This document shows positions 40,916-51,225 of a stretch of DNA of 64,000 bases, piece after piece (the first letter of the stretch is position 1; the number at the start of each line of letters is the position of its first letter). Source of the stretch: Nanobdellota archaeon (GTDB lineage: Archaea > Nanobdellota > Nanobdellia > Woesearchaeales > GW2011-AR4); contig JBBSWH010000004.1 in NCBI GenBank assembly GCA_038046385.1, positions 1-64,000 on the forward strand, given 5' to 3'. A program made the position numbers and the translations under genes. The notes under the pieces are model-generated. The model did not search any database and had not been told where the DNA came from. It worked only from the letters and a program-made list of their open reading frames with translations.

Positions 40916-41815
40916 TTAGAATTCCCTTATCTCTTTCATCTCGTTGTATCTTTTCTCAATATCATGCATTGTAAGGTTCTTTAATCTATTAACTCCAAAA
41001 TCCTCTGCATTGTAAGACGCTGCAACGCTCCCGTACACAATTGCCTTTCTAAGATTAGGCTCTGAATAGTCTTTTGTCTTTGCCAAATATCCAATGAATG
41101 CCCCGCCAAACGTGTCTCCGCAGCCGGTTGGGTCTTTTATGACTTCAAGCGGATATCCCGGCGCGTTAAAATGTTTGTTTTTTGTGAACAATAAAGAGCC
41201 ATGCTCCCCTTTCTTGATTATTACGGCTTTTGGACCCAGTTTCAAAGCTGAATTCGCAGCCTTAACCAAGTTCGCTGTTTCAAAAAGCTGCCTTGCTTCC
41301 CCGTCGTTAAGTATGAAAACATCGGCTTTTTTTATGATTTCAAGCAGCTCTTTCTTTTTGCTGCTTATCCAGAAATTCATAGTATCCAAAACGACAAGCG
41401 AAGGTTTCTTCATCTGCCTCAAAGCCTCAAGCTGCAATGACGGATCAATGTTCGCTAAAAAAACATGCTTTATTTCTTTATAGCTTTCCGGCACTGTTAC
41501 TTTAAAATCTGCAAGAGAATTCAGTTCTGTCTTTCTTGTCTTGGCTTCGTTCATGTCAAATTCATAGAACCCTTCCCAGTGGAAGGTTTTGCCGGATATT
41601 TTTATCCCGGAAGTGTCGATGTTTTTTTTTCTGAACATCTCAATATGCTCTTTCGGGAAATCCTCCCCTATAATGGACATTATCGCAGGTTTTGAGAACA
41701 TGCTTGCCGATATTGAAGCGTATGTTGCGCTTCCGCCAAGCCCCCTTTCAAGCTTTCCAAAAGGGGTTTCAATAGTATCCAATGCAACAGTTCCCAATAT
41801 CAAAACATCATTCAT
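40916..41815 (-). CDS. PfkB/ribokinase family kinase
   Basis: LGGSATY, IKKGEHG, DPTGCGDTFGG. Confidence 0.92.
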   Translation of the reverse strand: MNDVLILGTVALDTIETPFGKLERGLGGSATYASISASMFSKPAIMSIIGEDFPKEHIEMFRKKNIDTSGIKISGKTFHWEGFYEFDMNEAKTRKTELNSLADFKVTVPESYKEIKHVFLANIDPSLQLEALRQMKKPSLVVLDTMNFWISSKKKELLEIIKKADVFILNDGEARQLFETANLVKAANSALKLGPKAVIIKKGEHGSLLFTKNKHFNAPGYPLEVIKDPTGCGDTFGGAFIGYLAKTKDYSEPNLRKAIVYGSVAASYNAEDFGVNRLKNLTMHDIEKRYNEMKEIREF

Positions 41816-41854
41816 AGAAATAAGTAATCTGGAATCTTTTTAAAGCTTACGGGA

Positions 41855-41992
41855 TTACTCCTCATCGCCTTCGTCTTCTTCGTCCTTGTCCTTATCGTAG
41901 TCGTCCTCGTCGTCCTTCATGGAGTCGTTGTATTCATCGTCTTCCTTCTTCTCCGCGTCGTTGAACGAATCGATTTTTTCTTCTTCTGCCAT
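41855..41992 (-). CDS. Extremely acidic microprotein (45 aa, 26 D/E)
   Basis: MAEEEKIDSFNDAEKKEDDEYNDSMKDDEDDYDKDKDEEDEGDEE; TTTTAAA about 30 nt upstream. Confidence 0.65.
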   Translation of the reverse strand: MAEEEKIDSFNDAEKKEDDEYNDSMKDDEDDYDKDKDEEDEGDEE

Positions 41993-42038
41993 TTTTACCA
42001 AATTAATCCTTGCAGAGCTACTTTAAAAGATTTTCGAT

Positions 42039-43004
42039 TTATGAAAACATATTTTCAAACTCTTCCAAAAATTCTTTAGCAATCTCTTTGTCATGTATAA
42101 TCAAAATATTCTCGTCATTCCTCGTGTCTCCGCTTAAAGTGGGGTTAAAAGAACCCGTTACAACCGTCTCATTGTCTATGATAAACACCTTATGATGCAG
42201 CTTGTATTTGCTTTTATCAAGCGTAGCGTCGATTCCAAAACCTTTCAATCGTTCATCCTGCGAGAATTTATTTGAAGCCTGTCCTTTGTCGAAAACGCCT
42301 TTTATTTCAATTCCATCCCTAGAAATCAAAGCATCTGCAATCTTCTCTGATGTGAAACTGAATGTCATAAAGTAAACGCTCTTTTTCGCATTCTTGATCA
42401 GGTCAACGACTTTGTCAGCACAGTTATCTTCAGGGCAAAAGTAATTCTCAATTTTTGCATCATTCAGATACATAACAGGGCTTTGAACTCTGCTTCCTTC
42501 TCCAAACTTGCCTTTCCATAATTCATCAAACTCATTATTATAATTAGCAGAAAGTATTTTAGAATGTAAAACAACCAAATTATTATTATTAAGGTTGTTA
42601 TCATTAAAGGTCGGATTAAAAGATCCAGTCATAACAATAGAATTATCAATTACACAAAATTTGTTATGCATCAGCTGGCTCGAATCATCAAATTTTACAT
42701 TTCCTTTTAATCCAGTATCTTTGCTGGCCTCATCCATAACCAAGTTTACATCAATTGTTTTGCTTTTTATATAAAATGAAGATATCAGGTTTTCAAGATT
42801 AAGATCATATAAAGCACAAGAAACAGAAGACTTTGCGCTCATTATATTTGATTCAAAAACAGAGCTGCAATTTTCCCTTGGGCAGAAATAAACTTCTGTA
42901 GCATCACTTTGCTCCCGTGGCACAGCTTCCCTTACCGCAAACCCACATCCAAAAAGAGATACAACTATTGCCCAACAGAAAAGTTTAAATATAAGCGTCT
43001 TCAT
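42039..43004 (-). CDS. Phospholipase D-superfamily lipoprotein (two HKD motifs)
   Basis: HNKFCVID..TGSFN and HHKVFIID..TGSFN; LFGC lipobox. Confidence 0.9.
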   Translation of the reverse strand: MKTLIFKLFCWAIVVSLFGCGFAVREAVPREQSDATEVYFCPRENCSSVFESNIMSAKSSVSCALYDLNLENLISSFYIKSKTIDVNLVMDEASKDTGLKGNVKFDDSSQLMHNKFCVIDNSIVMTGSFNPTFNDNNLNNNNLVVLHSKILSANYNNEFDELWKGKFGEGSRVQSPVMYLNDAKIENYFCPEDNCADKVVDLIKNAKKSVYFMTFSFTSEKIADALISRDGIEIKGVFDKGQASNKFSQDERLKGFGIDATLDKSKYKLHHKVFIIDNETVVTGSFNPTLSGDTRNDENILIIHDKEIAKEFLEEFENMFS

Positions 43005-43149
43005 TTTAAAGTGATAACCAAAATAAACTATCTCATAGTGATAAAGTCACTTCTAAAGTGATCTATCACCTCTTTTTTCCCGGCAGGACAAAGCAATTTG
43101 TTCTGCAGGGTTATTTTAAACTTAAATTTAGCTATGCTCTTCAATGAAT

Positions 43150-44886
43150 TTATTTTCCCTTATCTTTCCTTATCACAGAGTTTGCAATTATACCGGTCAA
43201 AACACCCATTAGAAATATGATGATATACTTGCTATCCATACTATAATTTGTTTTCTTCCCATTGCTTTCCTTAAAATAAATGTCAAGGTTTCCCAGTTCC
43301 AAAGCGTATTCCGAATAAAGCATTGCAGAAAAGATATCATTTTCTTTCAAAGAAGTTGCATACTCATAGTAGCTGTACCCCAATATCGGAAAAATCCCTT
43401 TTGATGCCTGCCTTGCAATATTGTTTTTTACCACTTCCAGTTTCCTGTCAACCATATTGACATACTGCTCGCTGTCAACGCCAAAAACGCTTAGTATGAC
43501 ATCAACATCTGCCTTTGCCTTGCTTGCCCTTGAAAGGCAAAGCTCATAATTTCCTTTTTCTAATTCATCAGTTGCCTTGTCAATTTCTTTTTGTATATTG
43601 TCAAGGGAGTTTGGAATGTAAAGCTCAACATATTGCTTTCTTTCATCGGCTTCGCTTATCTTGCTCTGGCACGTCTTCTTCAGCACCTCTTTATTCAAAA
43701 TAAATTTTTTCCCGCTCTTTCCAAAAAACAAGGACCATGACTCTGCTGATTTTATTCTTTCAGAGGCATATGCAATTGTTCTTGCTGCGTTTTCTGTCTT
43801 GTTTGTTTTATTTAGCACAGACAGTGCCTGTTCAGCTGAATCATGCGCTTCAATCAGCCTTTCCCTGACTACAATATACGCCTCAAGGTCGGTTATAGTG
43901 CTTTTTTCAACAGCTTCTGTTTTAACAGTCATATTGTTTATCTCTTCCTTGAGATTTAAAATTTCGGATTCCATTTGTATTTTTGAAAGATTTCTTGAAA
44001 GAATGAGCAAAGTTGAGTATTCAACATTGGCGCCAAAGCAATAGCTTGCAGACGAGTAGAATTTCTGCTTTTCAAATGATTCTTTTCCCTTTGAGCTCAG
44101 ATTTTTTGCATTTTCAACAATAGATGTCACATTAATCGGATAGCCTATTCCGGAAGACGCTGCCTTAAGCTTGCTGCTTCTGTCGCAAAGGTCATTTGCC
44201 AGCCCCCTCATCGTGCTTTTGTATTCTGCATCAATGTCTATTGCCTTGAAATTCTGCTTTATCTCGTGGCCTGTGAACTCTCTTACAGCATCGTTCAGCG
44301 TTGATGCTTCCATAACCTCAATTCCTATTGTTTTTGAAAGATTTTTCAAGTCTGTAGTCTTGTTGCCTACCCTGATGGTCATCTCGCCTGACGGTATCAA
44401 AACTTTTTCAATCCCGTATTTTTTTGCGGCCTCTATCTTTGCATCAACCCCCCCAACAGGCCCTATCAGCCCGCCTGAATTGATTGTGCCGGTTATTGCA
44501 TAATCTTCATTCAAGTCGTAGCCTTCAAGCATTGCAACAGTTAAAACAGCAATTGACGCCCCTGCGCTCGGTCCTGCTATTATGGCTGAATCTGCCGTTA
44601 TTGTGTAAAAGAAATCTACATCATCGCATTCCCTGTCAAGCATGTCGCATGCAATAGCCTTTGCAAACCTTGTTGACATCTGTGTGTCTGTCTTTGTCAG
44701 AGGGAATGTCTCAAGAAATACCCTTCCTGACCCTGGCTTGATTTCAAGGTATAAATCCGCGATTCCGCCTTCATATCCTGTTTGCGTTTCTCTTACAGCA
44801 AGAAGCTTCATGTGGCCGGATTCTGCAAAAACACCGGCTGAAAGCATCAATGCCATAATCAAAAAAGAATATATCAATTTCCTCAT
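43150..44886 (-). CDS. Membrane-anchored Lon-type (S16) serine protease without ATPase domain
   Basis: GPSAG, TGTINSGGLIGPVGGVDAK; signal peptide and C-terminal TM. Confidence 0.88.
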   Translation of the reverse strand: MRKLIYSFLIMALMLSAGVFAESGHMKLLAVRETQTGYEGGIADLYLEIKPGSGRVFLETFPLTKTDTQMSTRFAKAIACDMLDRECDDVDFFYTITADSAIIAGPSAGASIAVLTVAMLEGYDLNEDYAITGTINSGGLIGPVGGVDAKIEAAKKYGIEKVLIPSGEMTIRVGNKTTDLKNLSKTIGIEVMEASTLNDAVREFTGHEIKQNFKAIDIDAEYKSTMRGLANDLCDRSSKLKAASSGIGYPINVTSIVENAKNLSSKGKESFEKQKFYSSASYCFGANVEYSTLLILSRNLSKIQMESEILNLKEEINNMTVKTEAVEKSTITDLEAYIVVRERLIEAHDSAEQALSVLNKTNKTENAARTIAYASERIKSAESWSLFFGKSGKKFILNKEVLKKTCQSKISEADERKQYVELYIPNSLDNIQKEIDKATDELEKGNYELCLSRASKAKADVDVILSVFGVDSEQYVNMVDRKLEVVKNNIARQASKGIFPILGYSYYEYATSLKENDIFSAMLYSEYALELGNLDIYFKESNGKKTNYSMDSKYIIIFLMGVLTGIIANSVIRKDKGK

Positions 44887-45026
44887 GTTTTTTAAAAACA
44901 GCCAGATATTTAATAACTTTTTGATTAATCTGTTTTTTCAGAATTTTGTTTTTTGTTATTGTTTCCTTCGTCAGTGGTATTATTCTGCAGTTTTTCAGTG
45001 TGCCTGCATTTGAGATAACTCAAGGA

Positions 45027-45476
45027 TTAGTCACCACATCTTTCGATGTTGCCTTCATTTATCACGTTTTGGCATTTAGAACTTATTACTATACCTCCAT
45101 CGAAAGTAATCTTACCGCTTTTATACTCTTTTACTTGGGACGGTTCGTTGCCTTCTTTATAGATAGGCACTAAACAGTTTACCCACCCATTGCTGTAATG
45201 CCCATATGCAATATATTCTTTACCGGGAAAACTGCCACTAAAGTCACCACCGCAAGACTTTGTCAATTTTATTATATTTTCATATTTATCTTGCAAACAT
45301 AAATAACTATTTCCAGAAAATTCTATTGAAAGGCATGAAGTTCCCTTTATGTTTATAATTTTACCTTCGTATTTTTCAGGATAAAAAGAAATATCCTGTA
45401 TAGAGTCATAATTGAGGTTACAAGATGTAAGCATCAATACGAACATTAATGCCAAAAAAACAAGTTCAATCCTCAT
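45027..45476 (-). CDS. Hypothetical lipoprotein
   Basis: LTSC lipobox; TTTAAA upstream of ATG 45476. Confidence 0.55.
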   Translation of the reverse strand: MRIELVFLALMFVLMLTSCNLNYDSIQDISFYPEKYEGKIINIKGTSCLSIEFSGNSYLCLQDKYENIIKLTKSCGGDFSGSFPGKEYIAYGHYSNGWVNCLVPIYKEGNEPSQVKEYKSGKITFDGGIVISSKCQNVINEGNIERCGD

Positions 45477-45517
45477 TTTATATTCTAAAGAGTAATCATT
45501 TAAAAATATTCTCATCT

Positions 45518-45707
45518 ACCACTGGACATCCTCACCTAAGGTTTATAAAGCAATTCTGCTTCTGAAAACTGAAAAAGAGAACACGCAAAACTGCCAAATT
45601 ATGATTTTTGCTTATAAGCCAAAAATCAATTATACAGTTTCGCTTAACATCCTCTTTTTCCTGAACTCCAAAGTTCCAGAAGTCAGAAACTTTGGAGGTT
45701 GATTAAA
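45518..45707 (+). promoter_or_regulatory. Nuclease-associated promoter + structured leader cassette, copy 2
   Basis: ACCACTGGACATC..CCTAAG-G-TTTATAAA; stem 45571-45660; hairpin CTCCAAAGTT/AACTTTGGAG overlapping the GGAGG RBS. Confidence 0.88.
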
Positions 45708-46868
45708 ATGAATGAAGATAAAATACAAATAACATTGGAAGATTTTCCAGATGATATCTATATTCTTTTAGAAGATAATTTTAGGGCAGATTTCTTCAAA
45801 ACTGCTTGGAAAATAAACAAAAGTTACAGGCACTTGGCTAAAAAGGTTGGAGTTTCCAATCCAGTCATGCTTTCTTGGAGAAGAGGAAGGATTAATTTTA
45901 CCAACCAAGACCAATTTTGCCCTGTTTGGGCTATAAAAGAGATAATAAACTACTCTAAGCATGATTCTGAATGGAAATTTTATTTGGATGAAGTACAAAA
46001 ACACGTAAAATCAATAAGATGCAAGGCAGGCACTTACAAAATCTACAATGTTAAGCTGCCAATATATGATTCAATAGAGCTAAGGGAAATTGTAACACAC
46101 CTTATTTGTGATGGCTCGGCTTTAAATGAAAAGTATAGGACATCTAAATATGCTTCCACCAGTTTAAAAACTGTAAACGAAATAAAGAAAAAATTGTCAA
46201 TATTTGGAGAAACTCCTAATTTAATTATTAGGAAAGAAACCTACACAAATCATTATTTGCCACTTTATGTATTAAATTTTTCCAAAGCTATAACCAAAAT
46301 TTTGACTGCTAAATTCAATATCGACTTTAGAGGGGATAAAGCAAGAATGCCTAAAGAGTTTTTTGTAGGGGAAAGAAAGTTATTAGTTGCAATTGTTAGG
46401 GCATTCTTAATTGATGAAGGATGTATAAGGGACAGAAATATTAACTTTTGTTCTGGGAGTGTGGAACTGCTTGAAGATTTAAAGCAAATTTGCCTTTTGC
46501 TAGACTATAAATGTCAAAATATAAGAAAAAGTGGTGGAACTTACTATCTAAATATTTCTCCAGACTCATTTACCAAAGTTTATGGGGATTTGGATTTGTT
46601 TGGTAAACTTCCTATTGCAGATAAACAGGAAAGATTGGATTTAGGAATAAAAATAATCAATAATTCACCAGATTTTCATAGTCTGGATAATGATTTATTG
46701 TTAAATTTGAAAAGCCCAATTACAACTTTAGAGCTTTCTAAGAGATTACTAATAAACGGAAAAACAATAACTGAAAGATTAAACAAGATGCAAAAATTAG
46801 GGCTTGTTGAAAGAAATGTTAACAGAAACTTAGGAAAAGGCGGTTCTTTTAGCTGGAAGGTTCTTTAG
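45708..46868 (+). CDS. Free-standing HTH + LAGLIDADG (two motifs) + wHTH protein
   Basis: YRHLAKKVGVS HTH; EIVTHLICDGS and AIVRAFLIDEG; C-terminal TTLELSKRL..LNKMQKLGLV; overlaps the topA 3' end. Confidence 0.8.
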   Translation: MNEDKIQITLEDFPDDIYILLEDNFRADFFKTAWKINKSYRHLAKKVGVSNPVMLSWRRGRINFTNQDQFCPVWAIKEIINYSKHDSEWKFYLDEVQKHVKSIRCKAGTYKIYNVKLPIYDSIELREIVTHLICDGSALNEKYRTSKYASTSLKTVNEIKKKLSIFGETPNLIIRKETYTNHYLPLYVLNFSKAITKILTAKFNIDFRGDKARMPKEFFVGERKLLVAIVRAFLIDEGCIRDRNINFCSGSVELLEDLKQICLLLDYKCQNIRKSGGTYYLNISPDSFTKVYGDLDLFGKLPIADKQERLDLGIKIINNSPDFHSLDNDLLLNLKSPITTLELSKRLLINGKTITERLNKMQKLGLVERNVNRNLGKGGSFSWKVL

Positions 46869-49089
46869 CTTCATCTGAGGGTTTATTATTAGTTAATTTC
46901 TCAGTATAACGGCATTTAGGAAATTTATTACAGGCGTAAAACTTTCCGTAAATCGAGCTTCTTAATACAATATCGCCTTCATTGCATTTCGGGCATTTTC
47001 TCTTTATCTCGCCTTTTGCAATCGCTTTTGCTTCTTCTCCTGCTTCACCTGCTACGTGCTTTGTGGAACATTTCGGATTCAAACAGAATTCAAGCGGCTG
47101 CTTGCCTTTCTTTATCGCAAGCACCATTGGATACTTGCAAGTTTCGCATTCTTTCTTAGCAGGTTTTATCAAAGCGTTTTTTGGTATTGAAAAAATAGTC
47201 TTGCAGTCCGGATATTTGTTGCACGCCGCAAAAGCCCCAAACTTTCCGCGGCGCATTGTTATGTTTCCGAGCTTGCATATCGGGCATATCCCGAGAAAAG
47301 ACATTTCATCCTGCGTCTCCTTGTTTGCCTTTGACAGTTCAGTTCCTATCTCCTTCTGGTGCTTCTTAAAATCAATTAATATTTTTGTGATAGCCTCTTT
47401 AGCCTCTTCCAGAACCTGATCTTTTTTCTGCTTGCCTTCCCTTATGCCTTCCATTTCAAGCTCAAAGTGCCTAGTCAGTTCTTCATCTATTATTTTAGGT
47501 GAATATTTCTCAAGGGTTTCTATTGTTGACACTCCAAGCTGTGTGGCTTCTATCGGGGTTCCTTTTACATATCCCCTATTGAATAGTGTATCAACAATTT
47601 CAGAGCGCGTTGCCTTTGTCCCGAGATTTCTTCTTTCAAGCTCTTTTATTATTGAAGCAGGCGTGTATCTTTTTGCGTGCTGTGTTTCCTTCGACAATAA
47701 TTCTATTTTCCCAATATTCACTTTTTGCCCCTGCCTTAAATCTGGAAGCTCTATTTCTTCCAGTTTTACATAAGGCTCATAGAATTTGTGCCACCCTTTT
47801 TCTATTGTTCTTGTGCCTCTTGTTATGAAAATTTCATTGTTGCAGTTTAAGTCTACAGTCATTGTCTCTCTTACTGCATTCTCTGCAAACGTTGCCATGA
47901 ACCTCTTTACAATAATATCATAGATTTTTGCTTCCTTTGCCTCAAGCTCGTTTGGAGCAATTCCAGTCGGATAAAGCGCAGGGTGCGCAGGGTCTGTCTT
48001 TTTGCCGTTGTTTGGCTTGAGGGATTTTTTTGCTGTAAGCAGCTTGACAGATGCAGCATATTTTGCCTGCTTTCCTAAGCCGTCAAATATCTTCTTATAG
48101 CCTATTGACTCCGGCAGCTGCTGGCTTGATGTTCTTGGATAAGAAATGAAACTTGAAGTGTAAAGCTCCTGCGCAATAGAAAGTGTTTCTTTTGGAGATA
48201 TTCCGAAGCATCTGTAAGCCTCAATCTGCAATGATGTTAAATCGAACGGAAACGGAGGCATCTGGTCAAATTTTCTTCTTTCAACCTCGTCAGCATTTGC
48301 TTCTTTCTGGCTTTTTGTTTTGGCAATTGATTTCTCAGCTTCCTTTTTGTCCCAGAATTTGTCCTGCACATGCCAAGCTTCCATCTTCTGCTGCTTAAAA
48401 TTTGCGTCCATCCTTATCTGCCAAAACGGCTTTGGAACAAATGCCTTGATTTCCTTTTCCCTGTCTACAATTATCTTCAGCGAGGGTCCTTGAACCCTGC
48501 CGGTTGACATTATCTTGAATGATCCTGATGATTTTATTGATGCTGTAAGCGCCCTTGAATAGTTAATTCCATTATACCAGTCCAGAAAATGGCGCGTTTC
48601 TCCGGCCTCTGCCTGACCCCAGTCAAGGTGCTTGCTTTTTTTTGAATATGCTTCCCTTAGCTCATCTTTTGTCAATGTTGAGAACTTCATCCTGTATGCA
48701 TCTTTCTTGCCGCAAGCGTACCTTATGACATTTAATCCGATTACTTCCCCTTCCTGGTCATAATCTGTTGCAACTGTGTATTCGTTTGCGCCTTTTGCGA
48801 GCTTCTTTATTGTATTAAGATATTTTTTTGTAAACTCTGATCCCCTGACATTTTCAGAAACCGGCTTCCATTCTATGTCAAACATAGGATATGTCCATCC
48901 TTTCTTTTGCCTTTCACACAGCCCATAAAGATGGCCTACAGCGCACGTAACAACAATATCCTTCTTGCCATGGGTAATCTTATAGTAAGCAACGCCCTGA
49001 TTAACCTCTTTTATCGCCTTTCCATCAGTAAGTGATTCTGCTATTTTCTGAGCAGCAGCCGGCTTTTCTGTGATGATTAACTCATACAT
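46849..49089 (-). CDS. topA: DNA topoisomerase I (type IA) with Zn ribbons
   Basis: LIITEKP, ATDYDQEGE, GRVQ, ISYPRT. Confidence 0.96.
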   Translation of the reverse strand: MYELIITEKPAAAQKIAESLTDGKAIKEVNQGVAYYKITHGKKDIVVTCAVGHLYGLCERQKKGWTYPMFDIEWKPVSENVRGSEFTKKYLNTIKKLAKGANEYTVATDYDQEGEVIGLNVIRYACGKKDAYRMKFSTLTKDELREAYSKKSKHLDWGQAEAGETRHFLDWYNGINYSRALTASIKSSGSFKIMSTGRVQGPSLKIIVDREKEIKAFVPKPFWQIRMDANFKQQKMEAWHVQDKFWDKKEAEKSIAKTKSQKEANADEVERRKFDQMPPFPFDLTSLQIEAYRCFGISPKETLSIAQELYTSSFISYPRTSSQQLPESIGYKKIFDGLGKQAKYAASVKLLTAKKSLKPNNGKKTDPAHPALYPTGIAPNELEAKEAKIYDIIVKRFMATFAENAVRETMTVDLNCNNEIFITRGTRTIEKGWHKFYEPYVKLEEIELPDLRQGQKVNIGKIELLSKETQHAKRYTPASIIKELERRNLGTKATRSEIVDTLFNRGYVKGTPIEATQLGVSTIETLEKYSPKIIDEELTRHFELEMEGIREGKQKKDQVLEEAKEAITKILIDFKKHQKEIGTELSKANKETQDEMSFLGICPICKLGNITMRRGKFGAFAACNKYPDCKTIFSIPKNALIKPAKKECETCKYPMVLAIKKGKQPLEFCLNPKCSTKHVAGEAGEEAKAIAKGEIKRKCPKCNEGDIVLRSSIYGKFYACNKFPKCRYTEKLTNNKPSDEAKEPSS

Positions 49090-49200
49090 AAACTATTGAA
49101 TTCTGCAAATTCTATAAAAATCTTTTCAAAATGGGCAAAATTCTATAATTTTAGCTGGATTTACAGATAATATTAAAAACAGAAAATGGTTTTTATGGTT

Positions 49201-50232
49201 ATGTACGAAGAAATTGCAGCAAAGGTTCTGGAGTCGTTAAAAAACAAGGAGTTTTCCAAAGGGACATATCCAAAATTTTCTTCTGAAGAGTATACTCCTT
49301 TTAAGATTGAAAAATCTAATTTTCACGAAATAAAAGATATTGATTCAAAAAGCATTGCATTCATTGATGGGGGAAATGCTGAAATAATTGGCTCTGCAAA
49401 CTTTTCATTGAGCATGATAAGAACATCTTGCATTGTATTGAAAAACAGAGAAAAAACTATCAGAAAAAAATCAGAAAGTATGGTTTTAGTAAGTTCCATA
49501 GAAGAAAACAAAGAGATACATTACAAACCGATCGTTTTTAACCCTGATTTTCTTGATATTAAAAATATTTCATTTAATTCTATGGATGAAACTTTAAAAA
49601 ACGGAGTCAACAGGGCAGAAATAAAAAATGTCCCTAATGCAGTAAGGAGGTTTGCAGAGCTAAACATGGCAAAAAATGTTGCAGATGATATGCTTGCCGA
49701 GATTATAGTTATAGACGGAAACCTCCAGTGCACTTTGGTCAATGAAAAAAAATACCTTGATGCACTTTATGAATCCTGCACAAAAAATAATATTGTGCTA
49801 TGTGCTTTAAGCAAGACAAGCGCATTGTTTACAGACAATGGAAATCTTTTAAGCGCCGCATTAAGTGATATTGCTACGACGCAAAAATGGCAGTATCATC
49901 CAGTTGCAGAAATAAAAAGTGATAACCACCAAGCAGAAATTTTCTTTGTGAAGTTCCATGAAAAATCCAACCACGTGTTCAGGCTAGAAGTATTAAAAAC
50001 ACAAAAAGAGAATGCTGATGAAACGATTAGTAATGTATCATCATGCTGTAATGATCCTGTCTTCATGGGGTATCCTTTTGGACTGATAGAAGCTGACAGG
50101 ATTGCGCGCGTTTCCAATGATGAAAAAGAGTTTCTAAAAACAATGATTTTGGCAAAGATAGGAGAAAAAAATATTGCAAAATACCTTAATTCTTCAAACG
50201 CGCATCAGATACTTGACAAGATAAGCTTTTAA
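49201..50232 (+). CDS. nurA: NurA family nuclease
   Basis: IAFIDGG, VIDGNL, ALSKTS, GYPFGLIEADRIARV. Confidence 0.85.
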   Translation: MYEEIAAKVLESLKNKEFSKGTYPKFSSEEYTPFKIEKSNFHEIKDIDSKSIAFIDGGNAEIIGSANFSLSMIRTSCIVLKNREKTIRKKSESMVLVSSIEENKEIHYKPIVFNPDFLDIKNISFNSMDETLKNGVNRAEIKNVPNAVRRFAELNMAKNVADDMLAEIIVIDGNLQCTLVNEKKYLDALYESCTKNNIVLCALSKTSALFTDNGNLLSAALSDIATTQKWQYHPVAEIKSDNHQAEIFFVKFHEKSNHVFRLEVLKTQKENADETISNVSSCCNDPVFMGYPFGLIEADRIARVSNDEKEFLKTMILAKIGEKNIAKYLNSSNAHQILDKISF

Positions 50233-50286
50233 TTTATCCAATAAAATCAGAAAACAATTTAAATAGCGGAATTTCTGTGATAAATC

Positions 50287-51009
50287 ATGGCTAATGATCA
50301 AGAAAGAGTTCCTACTGGAATAAATGGCCTCGATGAGCTTCTAAGCGGCGGATACATAAGAAAAAGCATGAATCTTCTAAGCGGAAGCCCTGGCAGCGGC
50401 AAAAGCATACTGGCAATGCAGTTCATAATAAACGGAGCCGTAAAGCACAATGAACCGGGAGTCTATATCTCATTTGAGGAGGATGCTGAAAGCCTCAGAA
50501 GAAACATGAAAAATTTCGGCTGGGACATTGAGCAGCTTGAGAAAGAAGGGAAAATAGCAATAATAAACATATCGCCCATTGATATAGAACCCTCCCCATC
50601 GGATAGCGACATATCAAATGGAAGCTCCCTTGGAATAAAATACAGCATAGTAAAAAAAATCAAGGCAAAAAGAATTGTAATTGACTCAGCAACAGCTTAT
50701 TCTGTTCTTTATACAGATGAACTAAGCAAAAGAAAAGCCCATCTTGAATTATTTAAGATGCTAAAAGATTGGGGATGCACTTCATTGCTTATAGCAGAGC
50801 ATGATCTTGAAACGCATACAAGTTCTCCTCTTGATTTTGAGGTTGACAGCATAACGTGGATGTATAATTTCAAGAAGGAGCATTTAAGGACAAGAGCAAT
50901 AGAAATAATAAAGATGCGCGGATCAAAACATTCTACTTCAACATCTGCCCTTGAAATAACAGAAAAAGGCATTGTAGTTTATCCAGGAGAACCTGTTTTC
51001 AAATCATAA
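50287..51009 (+). CDS. Single-domain KaiC/RAD55-like ATPase
   Basis: TGINGLDELLSGG, GSPGSGKS, SFEE, RIVIDS, KMRGS. Confidence 0.9.
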   Translation: MANDQERVPTGINGLDELLSGGYIRKSMNLLSGSPGSGKSILAMQFIINGAVKHNEPGVYISFEEDAESLRRNMKNFGWDIEQLEKEGKIAIINISPIDIEPSPSDSDISNGSSLGIKYSIVKKIKAKRIVIDSATAYSVLYTDELSKRKAHLELFKMLKDWGCTSLLIAEHDLETHTSSPLDFEVDSITWMYNFKKEHLRTRAIEIIKMRGSKHSTSTSALEITEKGIVVYPGEPVFKS

Positions 51010-51013
51010 AAAA

Positions 51014-51116
51014 CGCCCCTCCGGGGAATTGAACCCCGATCTTAAGCTGTTTTCAAGCGAAATTGCTGGATTTTCGCTGCCGCAAGCTCATGTGCTATCC
51101 GTTATACCAGAGGGAC
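51014..51116 (-). tRNA. tRNA-Arg(GCG) with a 31-nt intron at 37/38
   Basis: GTCCCTC/GAGGGGC acceptor, TGAGC-TTGCGG[intron]A-GCTTA, T-arm CGGGG-TTCAATT-CCCCG. Confidence 0.88.
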
Positions 51117-51225
51117 ACTATTAATATATAGGTAGAAACTGCTTTTTTATAAAGCTTCTCAGATATCAATTTCACCACTCACCTATAGTAACAAAATAGA
51201 AAGATTTATAAATAGGGAAAAAAGG

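Noticed and set aside
45571-45660. Leader as a c-di-GMP-I (GEMM) riboswitch, given ACGCAAAAC and the GGDEF gene
   Set aside because: The GGCAAA/GAAA-capped P2 hairpin and three-way junction are absent; the fold is a single rod
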